A stretch of DNA of 63,940 nt, filler included, from Octopus bimaculoides (lineage: Eukaryota), in assembly GCF_001194135.2 (NCBI RefSeq). It is 8 parts of 7 records of this genome, joined end to end, with 100 filler letters (N's around TTAATTAATTAA, not from the genome) between each part and the next. Parts side by side here need not be neighbours in the genome. Positions count along the whole stretch, not along the records: positions 50,975 to 63,940 come from NC_069007.1; 7 more parts are not named here. One strand, 5' to 3'. Both the position numbers and the translations under genes were made by a program. Positions 62,502 to 63,940 of the stretch are shown piece after piece. How positions within the stretch are numbered: position 1 is the first letter of the stretch; each line of letters opens with the position of its first letter. Below the pieces are notes generated by a model. The model was given only the letters and a program-made list of their open reading frames with translations, did not search any database and was not told the DNA's origin.

Positions 62502-63940
62502 AGTATTTTAACTACTCTTTTATTATCGCCCCCAAAAAGATTCAAGGTAAAGCTAACTTTAGCTGGATTTGAACTCAGAGTTTAGAAAGCTAGAAAAAAT
62601 TATAGTAAATACATTCTTTCCAATATTTTAATGTCTCTATCAGATTGGCTAACCCAGAGGTTAAGCAACAAAAACAGCAACAAATACATCTGGGTTGTTT
62701 GTTGTTGTTTCTTAGTTACCTTTCACCCAAAATGTCTAACATTAAATTTATCTAAAGAAAATATTTGTAATTCTCATAATAAAAGGAAAACTTTGATTGA
62801 AATAAAAACGAAGCAATGATACATTTTTCAAAACCACAATGAAAGAAAACATTATAAACACAAACACATACAAAAATACACGTGCAAAAACACAGAAAAG
62901 ACAGGAAAAAACACAAAAAAGACAGAAAGAAATAGAAAAGGAGAAATCAGTTTTCTGGGTAAATCAAATTAATTGTTGCAAGCTATTATGCAATACTACT
63001 TATTTGTTAATACTGTATAGCATTTAATATAATGTAATTATCATCAAAGTATGGAATGGTGAAACTAATAGTCGCAATGTTTAGATTGTATCTCTATAAA
63101 AGTCACGTCGAAGATAAAGGTAAAAGAGAAGACAAAGAAAAATACATAAATACAAGAGATGAAGAGATATGAAACATCATGTCTTAGTTTCTATTGTCAT
63201 TGCTTGTTCTTGACCATCATTGTTGTTGATGTTGCTGTAATTGTTGTTGTTGTTGTTGGTACTGATTTTTAAAGTTGTTGTTCATAATTCTCTTGTTGCT
63301 CTTATTGTCGAGATAATGCCCTCTCTCGACCTTCGCTTTTGTCGCAAATACAAAAATGGTTATTGTTACGTTAAAATAAAATATTTAGAAGAAACTAAAA
63401 AGGAAATCTCATAAATAAAAACTCTAAATGAAATATAAAAACACCAAAAAGAAAACCTACAAGAAATCATTATTTGTATTATTATTGTTCTTGTTGTGAA
63501 GTTGTTGTTGTTAGGGTTATTGTGATCATTTCACTTGTCCTTGTTGTTGGTGCTGTTACTATTGTTGTTGTTATTAACAAATATTCTTGAATACCACGGG
63601 TCCAAAAGTTCAACAGAATTTGAGTTAAAACAAAGTAGAAAATTAGAACTGTATATATACATAGACACTTACATACATACATATGTATATATGTATGTAT
63701 ACAAATGTGTGTATATGTGCATATCTATATATATATGTATATCTATATATATAAATATATATGCGCGTATATGTATGTGTGAGCATGTATATGCATATAC
63801 ATGTGTGTGTGTAGAGAGAGAGAGAGAGAATGAGATATATACATGCATGCATGCATACATACATATGTATATATGAATAACTGTGTGGGTGTTTGTATAT
63901 ATGTATTGTGTGTATGTGTGTATATATATATATATATATA

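Overview
AT-rich, gap-ridden eukaryotic non-coding DNA with no complete host gene recognisable. The SINE and LINE-tail families and the microsatellite load resemble what I recall of octopus (probably Octopus bimaculoides) genomic DNA; this is an inference, not a database hit. About 10 kb is N, and seven 100-nt gaps carry an artificial TTAATTAATTAA linker. Most long ORFs in the supplied track are artefacts of N runs or microsatellites. The window is a transposon graveyard. It holds many tRNA-derived SINEs in at least 4 families (informal labels A, B/B2, C, E), relics of Tx1/L1-type, RTE, Dong/R4-like and Hero-like non-LTR retrotransposons, a TIR-bounded Tc1 (DD34E) element and a Helitron fragment. 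Top findings: (1) a previously unannotated-looking ~240-255 bp tandem repeat (51766-52532) in which each unit carries a type I hammerhead ribozyme fold on the minus strand, i.e. a candidate retrozyme array; (2) several dispersed minimal Penelope-type hammerhead motifs, one inside a perfect 35-bp-TIR foldback element; (3) a complete 1.5 kb gag/ORF1-only LINE derivative flanked by a 15-bp TSD and inserted into the tRNA head of a SINE; (4) a possible micro-exon plus terminal exon of a minus-strand host gene near 33.1-33.5 kb. All protein-family calls come from motif recognition by eye.
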